64,000 nt of DNA from Eledone cirrhosa. Its lineage: Eukaryota. Under the pieces are notes generated by a model. It searched no databases. It was given only the letters and a program-made list of their open reading frames with translations, and had not been told where the DNA came from. This document shows positions 50,327 through 64,000 of the stretch, piece by piece. Every line of letters starts with the position of its first letter. The stretch's first letter is position 1. Both the position numbers and the translations under genes were made by a program. The stretch is taken from assembly GCA_964016885.1 (NCBI GenBank), contig OZ024765.1, positions 4,960,001-5,024,000 on the forward strand. Direction: 5' to 3'.

Positions 50327-52407
50327 AAATCGACCGACAAGATCCCAGTCCTCATTTGCTGGGAGCTCGTCAAATCTAAGCAAAGAAACAATGTTTCCAT
50401 TGCTGATATTAAACCAGTCACAACTCCTGGCAGAAAGAGCAACATGAAATAAAGTGTCTTGCTCTGGGAATCGAACTTGCAACCTTACAATTGTGAATCC
50501 AATTCTCTAACCACTAAACCCTTAAACACGTGTTTAATTACTTGCTTTCCCAGACTTCCCACTGTTGGACAAGATTGTTTTCTGACACTATTCTATAACT
50601 AGATCTCCTTTCCTGCTGATTTTCTAAGCTGGCCTGGGCTGGGGGGTACTTTGCCTCATGGTAAATGTGTTGGACTTGTGCTTAGAATGCCATAGGTTCG
50701 AATTCTGGACTGGGTTGTGTGTTGTGTTCTTGAGCAAAACATTTCATTTCATGTTACTCTAGTACTCTCAACTGAAAATGAGTACCAGCTGTAGCTGGGG
50801 CGTTTAACCCTGTGATGGCACACTGTCCAAGGGGAAGTCTTGTATTTTTAGTTGCTTAATGCCACAAAAATCGAGATAAGCACTGGCCTAAGGAGCCTCT
50901 GGGCTCAAGCAAGACTTTAGCACTGGGATTTACTGGCGTCCTGTCCAGGGGTGAGTCTTGTACTCTCAGTCGCTTCATGTCATGGTCACTAGCATAAGAA
51001 CTGACCTGATGAGCTTTCTAGCTCGAGACAGACTTTAGACATAGGTGTGGGTTGGATGAGATTGTTTTGTGGCAGTATTGTTCAGCCACACAGCCAGCGG
51101 GGATTGAACTCCTTACCACATCATTACAAAGTGAACCCTTTAACCACACAACCATGCCTGCGTTTATGAATAAAATTAACAAAAAACTTTTCAATAAAGT
51201 CCATCACGTCAGACGATCTTAAGGTAACGTATATTATTGTTGTTACACCATGGCAATGATGACAGCTCTACAACCAGTTTGATCGAGGTTCCAATTCCTA
51301 GATCACCCTCAAGTAAGTCTACCTTTTTCTTAATGTTTTATAGTAATTATAATTGTGATCTTTTATGTGTAAACTATAACTTTCTTTTTTTTACCGCTAC
51401 GCGTTATACCTGATCTAATTAGTTGATTCTACTCTCAGTTTGGCTACAAGTCAAATCTGATTGGTTGATTCTACTCTGTTTGGCTACAAGTCAAATCTGA
51501 TTGGTTGATAAATTTACTCATATTTTTTGCATCGCGGATGGTGGGGTTTGGGGTGGAGAATTTTGGTTCGTTAATTAATTTTCTTGTTTTTCAGATAGTA
51601 TATAAATACATATATATATATATATGTATGTGTATATATGTATACATATATATATTGTATATACAGCATATTAAACACACTTACATACACATGTACATAT
51701 GTACAAACCGACACAAAGATATATTAGCATATATTCCTTAGAACACAACCCATAAACTGCAAAAGATCCTTCATCCCTGATTCATTTCTGCAAACTGGAT
51801 GCATTGAAACCCATATTTAATTTGAACCAAGCTGACTTATGAATCTAATGAGGAGCTATTTTTAGCATTGCTGTTGGCCTGTGTGATTGCTAGACAATAG
51901 GCAGAGGAAAATGAACAAATACAGACAGTCCCATCTCATGGGTTCATTGCTTGAGATACCTTGTTGCAGTGCTATATATATATATGATAATATATATATA
52001 CATTATGCTCACTGACACTTATATATTCTGTATCTTCCAACTGTGGCTCTGATTGAACTCATACCAATGTGAAAAAACCACAACATGCCTCATGACGGAT
52101 TTGAAACCTTGAAAGCCCTCAACTCACCATTGATAACCTCTCCAGCAACAGGGCTTAAAGATTGCAGCTATTTGTAAATTAATTTAAATTTAATTTAATT
52201 TGTTTCAATATTAATAACCATGAATTGACTTTGTTCAAATCAACCTTTAGGGTTCTTACCTGATCTTTATTTTATAGCTACGGTTCCCTAATGCTTTATT
52301 AACAAAGGTCCCTTTTATTTAAATAAATTTTCCCACGGACCCACCTGCTTCAATTACTATTCTCCGAGATAAATAACAACAGATAGGAAGAAATGTGTAT
52401 ATACTTA

Positions 52408-54207
52408 GAGAAGAATATATACCCAATAGTGTGTATATTATGTTTATAACAATGTAGAGAATATATACCCAATAGTGTATATATTATGTTTATAACAATG
52501 TAGAGAATATATACCCAATAGTGTATATATTATATTTATAACAAAGTAGTGAATATATACCCAAGTGTATATATTATGTTTATAACAAAGTAGAGAATAT
52601 ATACCCAACAGTGTATATATTATGTTTATAACAAAGTATTTAGGGAATATATACCCAACAGTGTATATATTATGTTTATAACAAAGTATTTAGGGAATAT
52701 ATACCCAACAGTGTATATATTATGTTTATAACAAAGTATTTAGGGAATATATACCCAACAGTGTATATATTATGTTTATAACAAAGTATTTAGGGAATAT
52801 ATACCCAAGTGTATATATTATGTTTATAACAAAGTAGACAATATATACCCAACTGTGTATATATTGTGTTTATAACAAAGTAGAGAATATATACCCAACT
52901 GTGTATATATTATGTTTATATCAAAGTAGAGAATATATACCCAACTGTGTATATATTATGTTTATATCAAAGTAGAGAATATATACCCAACAGTGTATAT
53001 ATTATGTGTATAACAAAGTAGAGAATATATACCCAACAGTGTATATATTATGTGTATAACAAAGTAGAGAATATATACCCAACAGTGTATATATTATGTG
53101 TATAACAAAGTAGAGAATATATACCCAACAGTGTATATATTATGTTTATAACAAAGTAGAGAATATATACCCAACAGTGTATATATTATGTTTATAACAA
53201 AGTAGAGAATATATACCCAACTGTGTATATATTATGTTTATAACAAAGTAGTGAATATATACCCAAGTGTATATATTATGTTTATAACAAAGTAGAGAAT
53301 ATATACCCAACAGTGTATATATTATGTTTATATCAGAGTAGAGAATATATACCCAACAGTGTATATATTATGTTTATAACAAAGTAGTGAATATATACCC
53401 AAGTGTATATATTATGTTTATAACAAAGTAGAGAATATATACCCAAGTGTATATATTATGTTTATAACAAAGTAGAGAATATATACCCAACAGTGTATAT
53501 ATTATGTTTATAACAAAGTAGAGAATATATACCCAACAGTGTATATATTATGTTTATAACAAAGTAGTGAATATATACCCAAGTGTATATATTATGTTTA
53601 TAACAAAGTAGAGAATATATACCCAACAGTGTATATATTATGTTTATAACAAAGTAGAGAATATATACCCAAGTGTATATATTATGTTTATAACAAAGTA
53701 GAGAATATATACCCAACAGTGTATATATTATGTTTATAACAAAGTAGAGAATATATACCCAACAGTGTATATATTATGTTTATAACAAAGTAAAGAATAT
53801 ATACCCAACAGTGTATATATTATGTTTATAACAAAGTAAAGAATATATACCCAACAGTGTATATATTATGTTTATAACAAAGTAGAGAATATATACCCAA
53901 CAGTGTATATATTATGTGTATAACAAAGTAGAGAATATATACCCAACAGTGTATATATTATGTGTATAACAAAGTAGAGAATATATACCCAACAGTGTAT
54001 ATATTATGTGTATAACAAAGTAGAGAATATATACCCAACAGTGTATATATTATGTGTATAACAAAGTAGAGAATATATACCCAACAGTGTATATATTATG
54101 TGTATAACAAAGTAGAGAATATATACCCAACAGTGTATATATTATGTGTATAACAAAGTAGAGAATATATACCCAACAGTGTATATATTATGTTTATAAC
54201 AAAGTAC
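52408..54207. repeat. ~46-bp minisatellite, about 38 copies
   Basis: gtagagaatatatacccaacagtgtatatattatgtttataacaaa with 44-49-bp variants. Confidence 0.95.
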
Positions 54208-54589
54208 TACAGACCAATGGCTGGTGATCTAAACAAGAAAAACACTCAGTGCATTCTGTAAGCTAGTTGGTGTTAGGAAGGACATCCAACCATTGCAAGT
54301 AGTGGTGGTGGTATTGGTGGTGGCAGTGGTGATGATGGTGATAGTGATAGTGGTGGTGTTGGTAGTGGTAGTGGTGATAGTAGTATTAGTAGTGGTGGTG
54401 GTGATGGTAGTATTAGTGGTGGTGTTGGTAGTGTTAGTGATGGTAGTATTAGTGGTAGTGGTGATGGCAGTAGTGATAGTAGTATTAGTAGTGGTGGTGG
54501 TGGTAGTATAGAGGTGGTGATGGTAGTATTAGTAGTAGTGGTAATAGAGGTGGTGGTAGTAGTATTAATAGTAGTGGTGGTGTTAGTGA

Positions 54590-54623
<34 letters not shown>

Positions 54624-55725
54624 GGTGATGGTAGGATTAGTAGAGGTGGTGGTTGTAAAAGTAGTAGTGATGATGGTTCCGGTAGTAGTTGTGATCGTAG
54701 TATTGGTAGTGGTAGGAGTAGTAGTAGTGATGCTGGTTGTAGCAGTAGTAGTGGTAGTAGGATATGGTGTTTATTTGAATTAGACGCGTTAAGAAAAGAG
54801 ACGTAGCTAAATTTTTCAAGGGAGGTAACTGTTACTAGCATGGCATAGTTAATCTCACAATAGGTAATCTCCCTTGGATGATAGTGTGTTCTTAAAGAAC
54901 TTTTAATGAATGAACTTTTTTAGACCTCTTTTTACTCGAGGCACACATACACACCGTCATACACAAGCACATAGACACTGTTACAGAAACATAACGACAT
55001 ACACACGGCCACACACACACTATATATATATACTAGCAGTGTATCCCGGCGTTACACGGGTAAGAACATTGGTAATAGTACCTCCAATGAGAAACGTTTA
55101 TTTGTGAGTGCCTGTTAAAATCTCACGAAAATATACCGACAGGAAACTTGTTTTATTTGGAGAAAATTAAGAAGTTGAAAGTACAGTTTAGCTGTCTACG
55201 TGCATTGTTCATAGAAATATTGTTGAGCCCCTTCTTTTCATACTCCTCTGTTTTGGCCTTTTGGAGTAAATGTGAAAGAGAAAGTCAGAGGTTAAGTTGG
55301 CAGAAGGTTCCTGTGTCATAGCAGTAAGGCTTAGGCTACTTACCTCAAGTTCATTCGCACTCTTTCCACTAAGTTACTCTTTCTCTCTATCCCTCTCGGT
55401 GCAGTCCCTTGCGAATTTCTCGCGTTGGCCTGGTGTAGATTTGCACCCGATCCATCTACCCGATGCACATGTCCGCTTTGTACGGCTTTTGGAAGAAGGA
55501 GTAACCAGCAGTACGTTTTTCGGTATTATTACGAAAAGGTGTAGCTGAGAATCCGCGTGAACTAACAGCTCGGAAGGAAACTGCTTACCTCGAAGATTCT
55601 TTCGCCATCGTTCTTGTTGGTATTTGTTGGTCTACAGTTATATGAGTGGCGCACAAAAGATTAATGTTTATTGGCAAGAAGTTTTTTTGAATAATAAAAG
55701 ACGGGTTAAAGCGACCTACAATGTA

Positions 55726-55781
<56 letters not shown>

Positions 55782-55783
55782 TA

Positions 55784-55821
<38 letters not shown>

Positions 55822-56253
55822 GGTATAAGAGTGTTTTTTTGCGAGAGTGTGAGTAAAAGGTTTTATATATATATATTTTTAGGCGTATATTTATATATAT
55901 ATATATATGTATGTGTGTATATGTGTATATGTATGTGTTTATATATATGTATGAATATATGTGTGTGTATGGATATGTGTATATATGGATACCTGTATAT
56001 ATATATGTGTGTGTGTGTATATATATATAATATATATATATATGTGTGTGTGTGTGAATGTAGCGAAGATATGTTAGCAATGACGTGTTGTAATGCAGAC
56101 AGCCAGACGTAGCTGCACGAGCTGAAGTATCCGCTAAGGTGAAACAATTGTTCTCAGTATGGTGATATAACTGTTGTGCTACCATATCTACCTAACCGGT
56201 CCCATGGACTGAGTGCTCTACCACTACGGATATTACCTTCCAGTGTTCTACCC

Positions 56254-56289
<36 letters not shown>

Positions 56290-56384
56290 TAAAATAACAG
56301 ATTAAAGTTTAAACAAAGAATCGCTGCTTTCACCCTTAACTGGATCTTCTAAAACTCATATTTGCTCTATGGTTTTTATATATT

Positions 56385-56426
<42 letters not shown>

Positions 56427-56473
56427 TCCTTATCGAGCCCTCTTCAGATTTTAGTCTTCACATTTATTATTAT

Positions 56474-56518
<45 letters not shown>

Positions 56519-56739
56519 CGAAAAGTAATGGAGAAACAAACCAGGAGATGAATACATTACAATGATGATATATTTCTTTAAAGTTTCAATTATGTGAGAA
56601 ACAAGTGTGATGGTTTCGGGCATTACTCTTTCATCGGAACATAGAAATAAAAGGAATAGAAAGAGCATAAGAAAAGAAAGAAACGGAACAAACCTTTTGT
56701 CAGAGGAGGAGAGGACGTGTGTTATGTCAGCCATTGACA

Positions 56740-57232
56740 CGCACACACACACGTGTGTGTGTGTGCGTATATGTATACGTATATTTATATATATATGTAT
56801 ACGTGTATGTGTATATGTGTGTGTGTGTCTGTGTATGTGTGTGTGTATGTATGTGTGTGTATATGTATGTATGTGTGTGTATATGTATGTATGTGTATGT
56901 ATGTATGTATGTATGTATGTGTATATGTATGTATGTGTGTATGTATGTATGTGTATGTGTATATGTATATGTGTGTATATGTATGTATGTGTATGTGTAT
57001 ATGTATGTATGTGTATATGTATGTGAATATATATGTATATGTATGTGAATATATATGTAAGTGTATATACATGTATGTATATATATATATGTATATATAT
57101 GTATGTATGTATGTATATGTATGTATATATATGTATATGTATGTATATGTATGTATATATATATATGTATGTATATATATGTATATGTATGTATATGTAT
57201 GTATATATATATATGTATGTATATATATGTAT

Positions 57233-57280
<48 letters not shown>

Positions 57281-58964
57281 GTATATATATGTATATGTAT
57301 GTATGTATATGTATGTATGTATGTATATGTATATGTATGTATATATATATATGTATATGTATGTATGTATGTATATGTATATGTATGTATATATATATAT
57401 GTATATGTATGTATATATATATATGTATATGTATGTATATATATATATGTATATGTATGTATATGTATATGTATGTATATATATATATGTATATGTATGT
57501 ATATATATATATGTATATGTATGTATATATATATATGTATATGTATGTATATATATATATGTATATGTATGTATATATATATATGTATATGTATGTATAT
57601 ATATATATGTATATGTATGTATATATATATATGTATATGTATGTATATATATATATGTATATGTATGTATATATATATATGTATATGTATGTATATATAT
57701 ATATGTATATGTATGTATATATATATATGTATATGTATGTATATATATATATGTATATGTATGTATATATATATATGTATATGTATGTATATATATATAT
57801 GTATATGTATGTATATATATATATGTATATGTATGTATGTATATGTATGTATATATATATATGTATATGTATGTATATATATATATGTATGTATATATAT
57901 ATATGTATATGTATGTATATATATATATGTATATGTATGTATATATATATATGTATATGTATGTATATATATATATGTATATGTATGTATATATATATAT
58001 GTATGTATATATATATATGTATATGTATGTATATATATATATGTATATGTATGTATATATATATATGTATATGTATGTATATATATATATGTATATGTAT
58101 GTATATATATATATGTATGTATATATATATATGTATATGTATGTATATATATATATGTATATGTATGTATATATATATATGTATATGTATGTATATATAT
58201 ATATGTATATGTATGTATATATATATATGTATATGTATGTATATATATATATGTATATGTATGTATATATATATATATGTATATGTATGTATATATATAT
58301 ATGTATATGTATGTATATATATATATGTATATGTATGTATATATATATATGTATATGTATGTATATATATATATGTATATGTATGTATATATATATATGT
58401 ATATGTATGTATATATATATATGTATATGTATGTATATATATATATGTATATGTATGTATATATATATATGTATATGTATGTATATATATATATGTATAT
58501 GTATGTATATATATATATGTATATGTATGTATATATATATATGTATGTATATATATATATATATGTATATGTATGTATATATATATATGTATATGTATGT
58601 ATATATATATATGTGTATGTATATATATATATATGTATATGTATGTATATATATATATATGTATATGTATGTATATATATATATGTATATGTATGTATAT
58701 ATATATATGTATATGTATGTATATATGTATATGTATGTATTTATGTATATGTATGTATATATGTATATGTATGTATGTATATATATATATATATATGTAT
58801 ATGTATGTATGTATATATATATATATATATGTATATGTATGTATATATATATATGTATATGTATGTATATATATATATATGTATATGTATGTATATATAT
58901 ATATGTATATGTATGTATATATGTATATGTATGTATTTATGTATATGTATGTATATATATATAT

Positions 58965-58996
<32 letters not shown>

Positions 58997-59020
58997 GTAT
59001 ATGTATGTATATATATATAT

Positions 59021-59054
<34 letters not shown>

Positions 59055-59091
59055 GTATATGTATATATGTATATATATATATGTATATATG

Positions 59092-59123
<32 letters not shown>

Positions 59124-59425
59124 TGTATATATATGTATGTATATATATGTATATGTATGTATATATATGTATATGTATGTATATATATGTATATATATAT
59201 ATGTGTATATATATGTATATATATATATGTGTATATATATGTATATATATATATGTGTATATATATGTATATATATATATGTGAATATATATGTGAATAT
59301 ATATATATGTATGTATATATATATATTTAAACATATGCACGGACATGTATATATTTTAACACACATACACACACGCACACACATATTCATAAACACGTAT
59401 ATATTTTTACACACACACCAGACAC

Positions 59426-59479
<54 letters not shown>

Positions 59480-59699
59480 CATATATATATCAAGAGCCAG
59501 CACACGTAGCTATGGTTGCACCTGCTAAATTGTAAGAATGTTGTCTGTCAAAGAGGTTTTCTTGAGACATTCCAGTGGGTTTTCACTTGTTGCCAAAAAA
59601 ACTGAAGTCGTGGCTACGTGTTACTCCACAAATATGTCATCTATTTGAATAGACTTACAAAGAGAAGACAGGGATATATGGATGTCATGCTATATATAT

Positions 59700-59731
<32 letters not shown>

Positions 59732-60192
59732 ATATATGTATATATACATATATGTATATGTGTGTATGTATAAATATATGGATGTGTATATATATGTATA
59801 TAGATACATATGTGTATATAGATATATATGGATGTATGTGTATATATATATATGGATGTATGTGTATATATATATATGGATGTATGTGTGTATATATATA
59901 TGTGTGTATATATATATGGATGTATGTGTGTATGTGTGTATATATATATATATGTGTGTGTATATATATATATATGTGTGTATATATATATATATATGTG
60001 TGTATATATATATATATATGTGTGTATATATATATATATGTGTGTGTATATATATATATATGTGTGTATATATATATATATGTGTGTATATATATATATA
60101 TATATGTGTGTATATATATATATATATGTGTGTGTATATATATATATATGTGTGTATATATATATATGTGTGTATATATATATGTGTGTATG

Positions 60193-60225
<33 letters not shown>

Positions 60226-60270
60226 ATATATATATATATACATATATATGTGTATATATATATATATATA

Positions 60271-60317
<47 letters not shown>

Positions 60318-60362
60318 ATATATATATATATACATATATATGTGTATATATATATATATATA

Positions 60363-60405
<43 letters not shown>

Positions 60406-60469
60406 ATATATATATATATATGTGTGTGTGTATATATATATATATATATGTGTGTGTATATATATATAT
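56740..60469. repeat. Very long (TA)n/(TG)n/(TATG)n compound microsatellite (short unique island at 59490-59690); continues at 63578-64000
   Basis: Direct inspection. Confidence 0.95.
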
Positions 60470-63400
60470 AAACGGAAAAAATGAAACGATATTTCATTTC
60501 CCACTCTTAGTACGGCTGTTACTTAAATATAAGTATGTACACGTACATACATATATGTATACCGACGTACAGTAGTATGTATATATATATATACATACAT
60601 GCACACATATATATATGCACGTATGGATTCACCGAACATTTATTATAATGCTCGGTGTGTTTGTAAACAAACATCCCGTATTAAGCCGTAGTGTCTAGCA
60701 ACCACCGTTGCTCGTTTGTTCAACACTGACAAAGGAACGCTGTACTAGTTTCAAGCTTGTTAGCTATCGTCAGCAACGTATACCTTCCTGCCAGATTGTT
60801 GAACGTATATACTTACCTTATGCATATTAACGGCTGAGTAGCCCAATATGCATATCGAGTGGGTTAATCGGCCGGGTGCACCGAAAACGATAAACGGAAA
60901 AAATGAAACGATATTTCATTTCCCACTCTTAGTACGGCTGTTACTTAAATATAAGTATGTACACGTACATACATATATGTATACCGACGTACAGTAGTAT
61001 GTATATATATATATACATACATGCACACATATATATATGCACGTATGGATTCACCGAACATTTATTATAATGCTCGGTGTGTTTGTAAACAAACATCCCG
61101 TATTAAGCCGTAGTGTCTAGCAACCACCGTTGCTCGTTTGTTCAACACTGACAAAGGAACGCTGTACTAGTTTCAAGCTTGTTAGCTATCGTCAGCAACG
61201 TATACCTTCCTGCCAGATTGTTGAACGTATATACTTACCTTATGCATATTAACGGCTGAGTAGCCCAATATGCATATCGAGTGGGTTAATCGGCCGGGTG
61301 CACCGAAAACGATAAACGGAAAAAATGAAACGATATTTCATTTCCCACTCTTAGTACGGCTGTTACTTAAATATAAGTATGTACACGTACATACATATAT
61401 GTATACCGACGTACAGTAGTATGTATATATATATATACATACATGCACACATATATATATGCACGTATGGATTCACCGAACATTTATTATAATGCTCGGT
61501 GTGTTTGTAAACAAACATCCCGTATTAAGCCGTAGTGTCTAGCAACCACCGTTGCTCGTTTGTTCAACACTGACAAAGGAACGCTGTACTAGTTTCAAGC
61601 TTGTTAGCTATCGTCAGCAACGTATACCTTCCTGCCAGATTGTTGAACGTATATACTTACCTTATGCATATTAACGGCTGAGTAGCCCAATATGCATATC
61701 GAGTGGGTTAATCGGCCGGGTGCACCGAAAACGATAAACGGAAAAAATGAAACGATATTTCATTTCCCACTCTTAGTACGGCTGTTACTTAAATATAAGT
61801 ATGTACACGTACATACATATATGTATACCGACGTACAGTAGTATGTATATATATATATACATACATGCACACATATATATATGCACGTATGGATTCACCG
61901 AACATTTATTATAATGCTCGGTGTGTTTGTAAACAAACATCCCGTATTAAGCCGTAGTGTCTAGCAACCACCGTTGCTCGTTTGTTCAACACTGACAAAG
62001 GAACGCTGTACTAGTTTCAAGCTTGTTAGCTATCGTCAGCAACGTATACCTTCCTGCCAGATTGTTGAACGTATATACTTACCTTATGCATATTAACGGC
62101 TGAGTAGCCCAATATGCATATCGAGTGGGTTAATCGGCCGGGTGCACCGAAAACGATAAACGGAAAAAATGAAACGATATTTCATTTCCCACTCTTAGTA
62201 CGGCTGTTACTTAAATATAAGTATGTACACGTACATACATATATGTATACCGACGTACAGTAGTATGTATATATATATATACATACATGCACACATATAT
62301 ATATGCACGTATGGATTCACCGAACATTTATTATAATGCTCGGTGTGTTTGTAAACAAACATCCCGTATTAAGCCGTAGTGTCTAGCAACCACCGTTGCT
62401 CGTTTGTTCAACACTGACAAAGGAACGCTGTACTAGTTTCAAGCTTGTTAGCTATCGTCAGCAACGTATACCTTCCTGCCAGATTGTTGAACGTATATAC
62501 TTACCTTATGCATATTAACGGCTGAGTAGCCCAATATGCATATCGAGTGGGTTAATCGGCCGGGTGCACCGAAAACGATAAACGGAAAAAATGAAACGAT
62601 ATTTCATTTCCCACTCTTAGTACGGCTGTTACTTAAATATAAGTATGTACACGTACATACATATATGTATACCGACGTACAGTAGTATGTATATATATAT
62701 ATACATACATGCACACATATATATATGCACGTATGGATTCACCGAACATTTATTATAATGCTCGGTGTGTTTGTAAACAAACATCCCGTATTAAGCCGTA
62801 GTGTCTAGCAACCACCGTTGCTCGTTTGTTCAACACTGACAAAGGAACGCTGTACTAGTTTCAAGCTTGTTAGCTATCGTCAGCAACGTATACCTTCCTG
62901 CCAGATTGTTGAACGTATATACTTACCTTATGCATATTAACGGCTGAGTAGCCCAATATGCATATCGAGTGGGTTAATCGGCCGGGTGCACCGAAAACGA
63001 TAAACGGAAAAAATGAAACGATATTTCATTTCCCACTCTTAGTACGGCTGTTACTTAAATATAAGTATGTACACGTACATACATATATGTATACCGACGT
63101 ACAGTAGTATGTATATATATACATACATACATGCACACATATATATATGCACGTATGGATTCACCGAACATTTATTATAATGCTCGGTGTGTTTGTAAAC
63201 AAACATCCCGTATTAAGCCGTAGTGTCTAGCAACCACCGTTGCTCGTTTGTTCAACACTGACAAAGGAACGCTGTACTAGTTTCAAGCTTGTTAGCTATC
63301 GTCAGCAACGTATACCTTCCTGCCAGATTGTTGAACGTATATACTTACCTTATGCATATTAACGGCTGAGTAGCCCAATATGCATATCGAGTGGGTTAAT

Positions 63401-63575
63401 CGGCCGGGTGCACCGAAAACGATAAACGGAAAAAATGAAACGATATTTCATTTCCCACTCTTAGTACGGCTGTTACTTAAATATAAGTATGTACACGTAC
63501 ATACATATATGTATACCGACGTACAGTAGTATGTATATATATATATACATACATGCACACATATATATATGCACG

Positions 63576-63577
<2 letters not shown>
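60470..63577 (-). repeat. 422-bp tandem array (7 full units plus about 150 bp) with a hammerhead motif in each full unit; retrozyme/Penelope-pLTR-like
   Basis: Unit starts (aacggaaaaaatg) at 60471, 60893, 61315, 61737, 62159, 62581, 63003, 63425. Units are nearly identical; I noticed one substitution near 63122. Flanked on both sides by (TA)n/(TG)n. Confidence 0.95.
60737..60779 (-). ncRNA. Minimal type I hammerhead ribozyme (unit 1; repeats at 61159, 61581, 62003, 62425, 62847, 63269)
   Basis: Minus strand: acgttg-CTGACGA-t-agct-aaca-agct-t-GAAA-ctag-TA^cagcgt. Stem I acguug/cagcgu (one GU pair), CUGANGA and GAAA boxes, stem II agcu/agcu, palindromic stem III ACUAGU, GUA triplet. Predicted cut between 60743 and 60742. 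Confidence 0.85.
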
Positions 63578-63648
<71 letters not shown>

Positions 63649-63665
63649 ATATATATATATATATA

Positions 63666-63776
<111 letters not shown>

Positions 63777-63791
63777 ATATATATATATATA

Positions 63792-63832
<41 letters not shown>

Positions 63833-63847
63833 ATATATATATATATA

Positions 63848-63888
<41 letters not shown>

Positions 63889-63905
63889 ATATATATATAT
63901 ATATA

Positions 63906-64000
<95 letters not shown>

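Noticed and set aside
56727-60575. Very long ORFs (up to 907 aa) rich in Y/I/H/T/M/C/V
   Set aside because: Translations of (TA)n/(TG)n microsatellites, which lack stop codons.
60810-60819. ATACTTACCT resembling the U1 snRNA 5' end, suggesting a tandem snRNA cluster
   Set aside because: No further U1 sequence or Sm site follows; better read as a 5' splice site on the opposite strand.

Overview
AT-rich eukaryotic (animal) genomic DNA, most likely from an octopod cephalopod, judged from the abundant tRNA-derived Nin-domain-like SINE, RTE LINE debris with (GAT)n tails, long (TA)n/(TG)n tracts and a single-exon 'CEICGKSF' C2H2 zinc-finger gene. Two host genes are supportable: a spliced CHCHD5-like twin-CX9C gene (+, coding exons 3875-4017 and 6188-6341, not assembled by the ORF track) and a 509-aa, 15-finger C2H2 gene (-, 16927-18456). 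The rest is SINEs, LINE fragments (RTE, RTE-X, CR1, CRE-like, R4-like), a decayed Ty3/Gypsy pol, an LTR, a Merlin transposase fragment, mariner/pogo MITEs and many minisatellites, several derived from those elements. The most notable signal is RNA-structural. A near-identical 422-bp tandem array (60470-63577) carries a minimal type I hammerhead ribozyme motif on the minus strand of every full unit, a retrozyme/Penelope-pLTR-like organisation. A diverged fold-back relative lies at 35.9-36.4 kb, about seven other dispersed hammerhead motifs occur (one in sense inside the CHCHD5 intron), and several palindromic insertions appear centred on hammerhead stem II. All calls were made by eye, with no database search or folding software.
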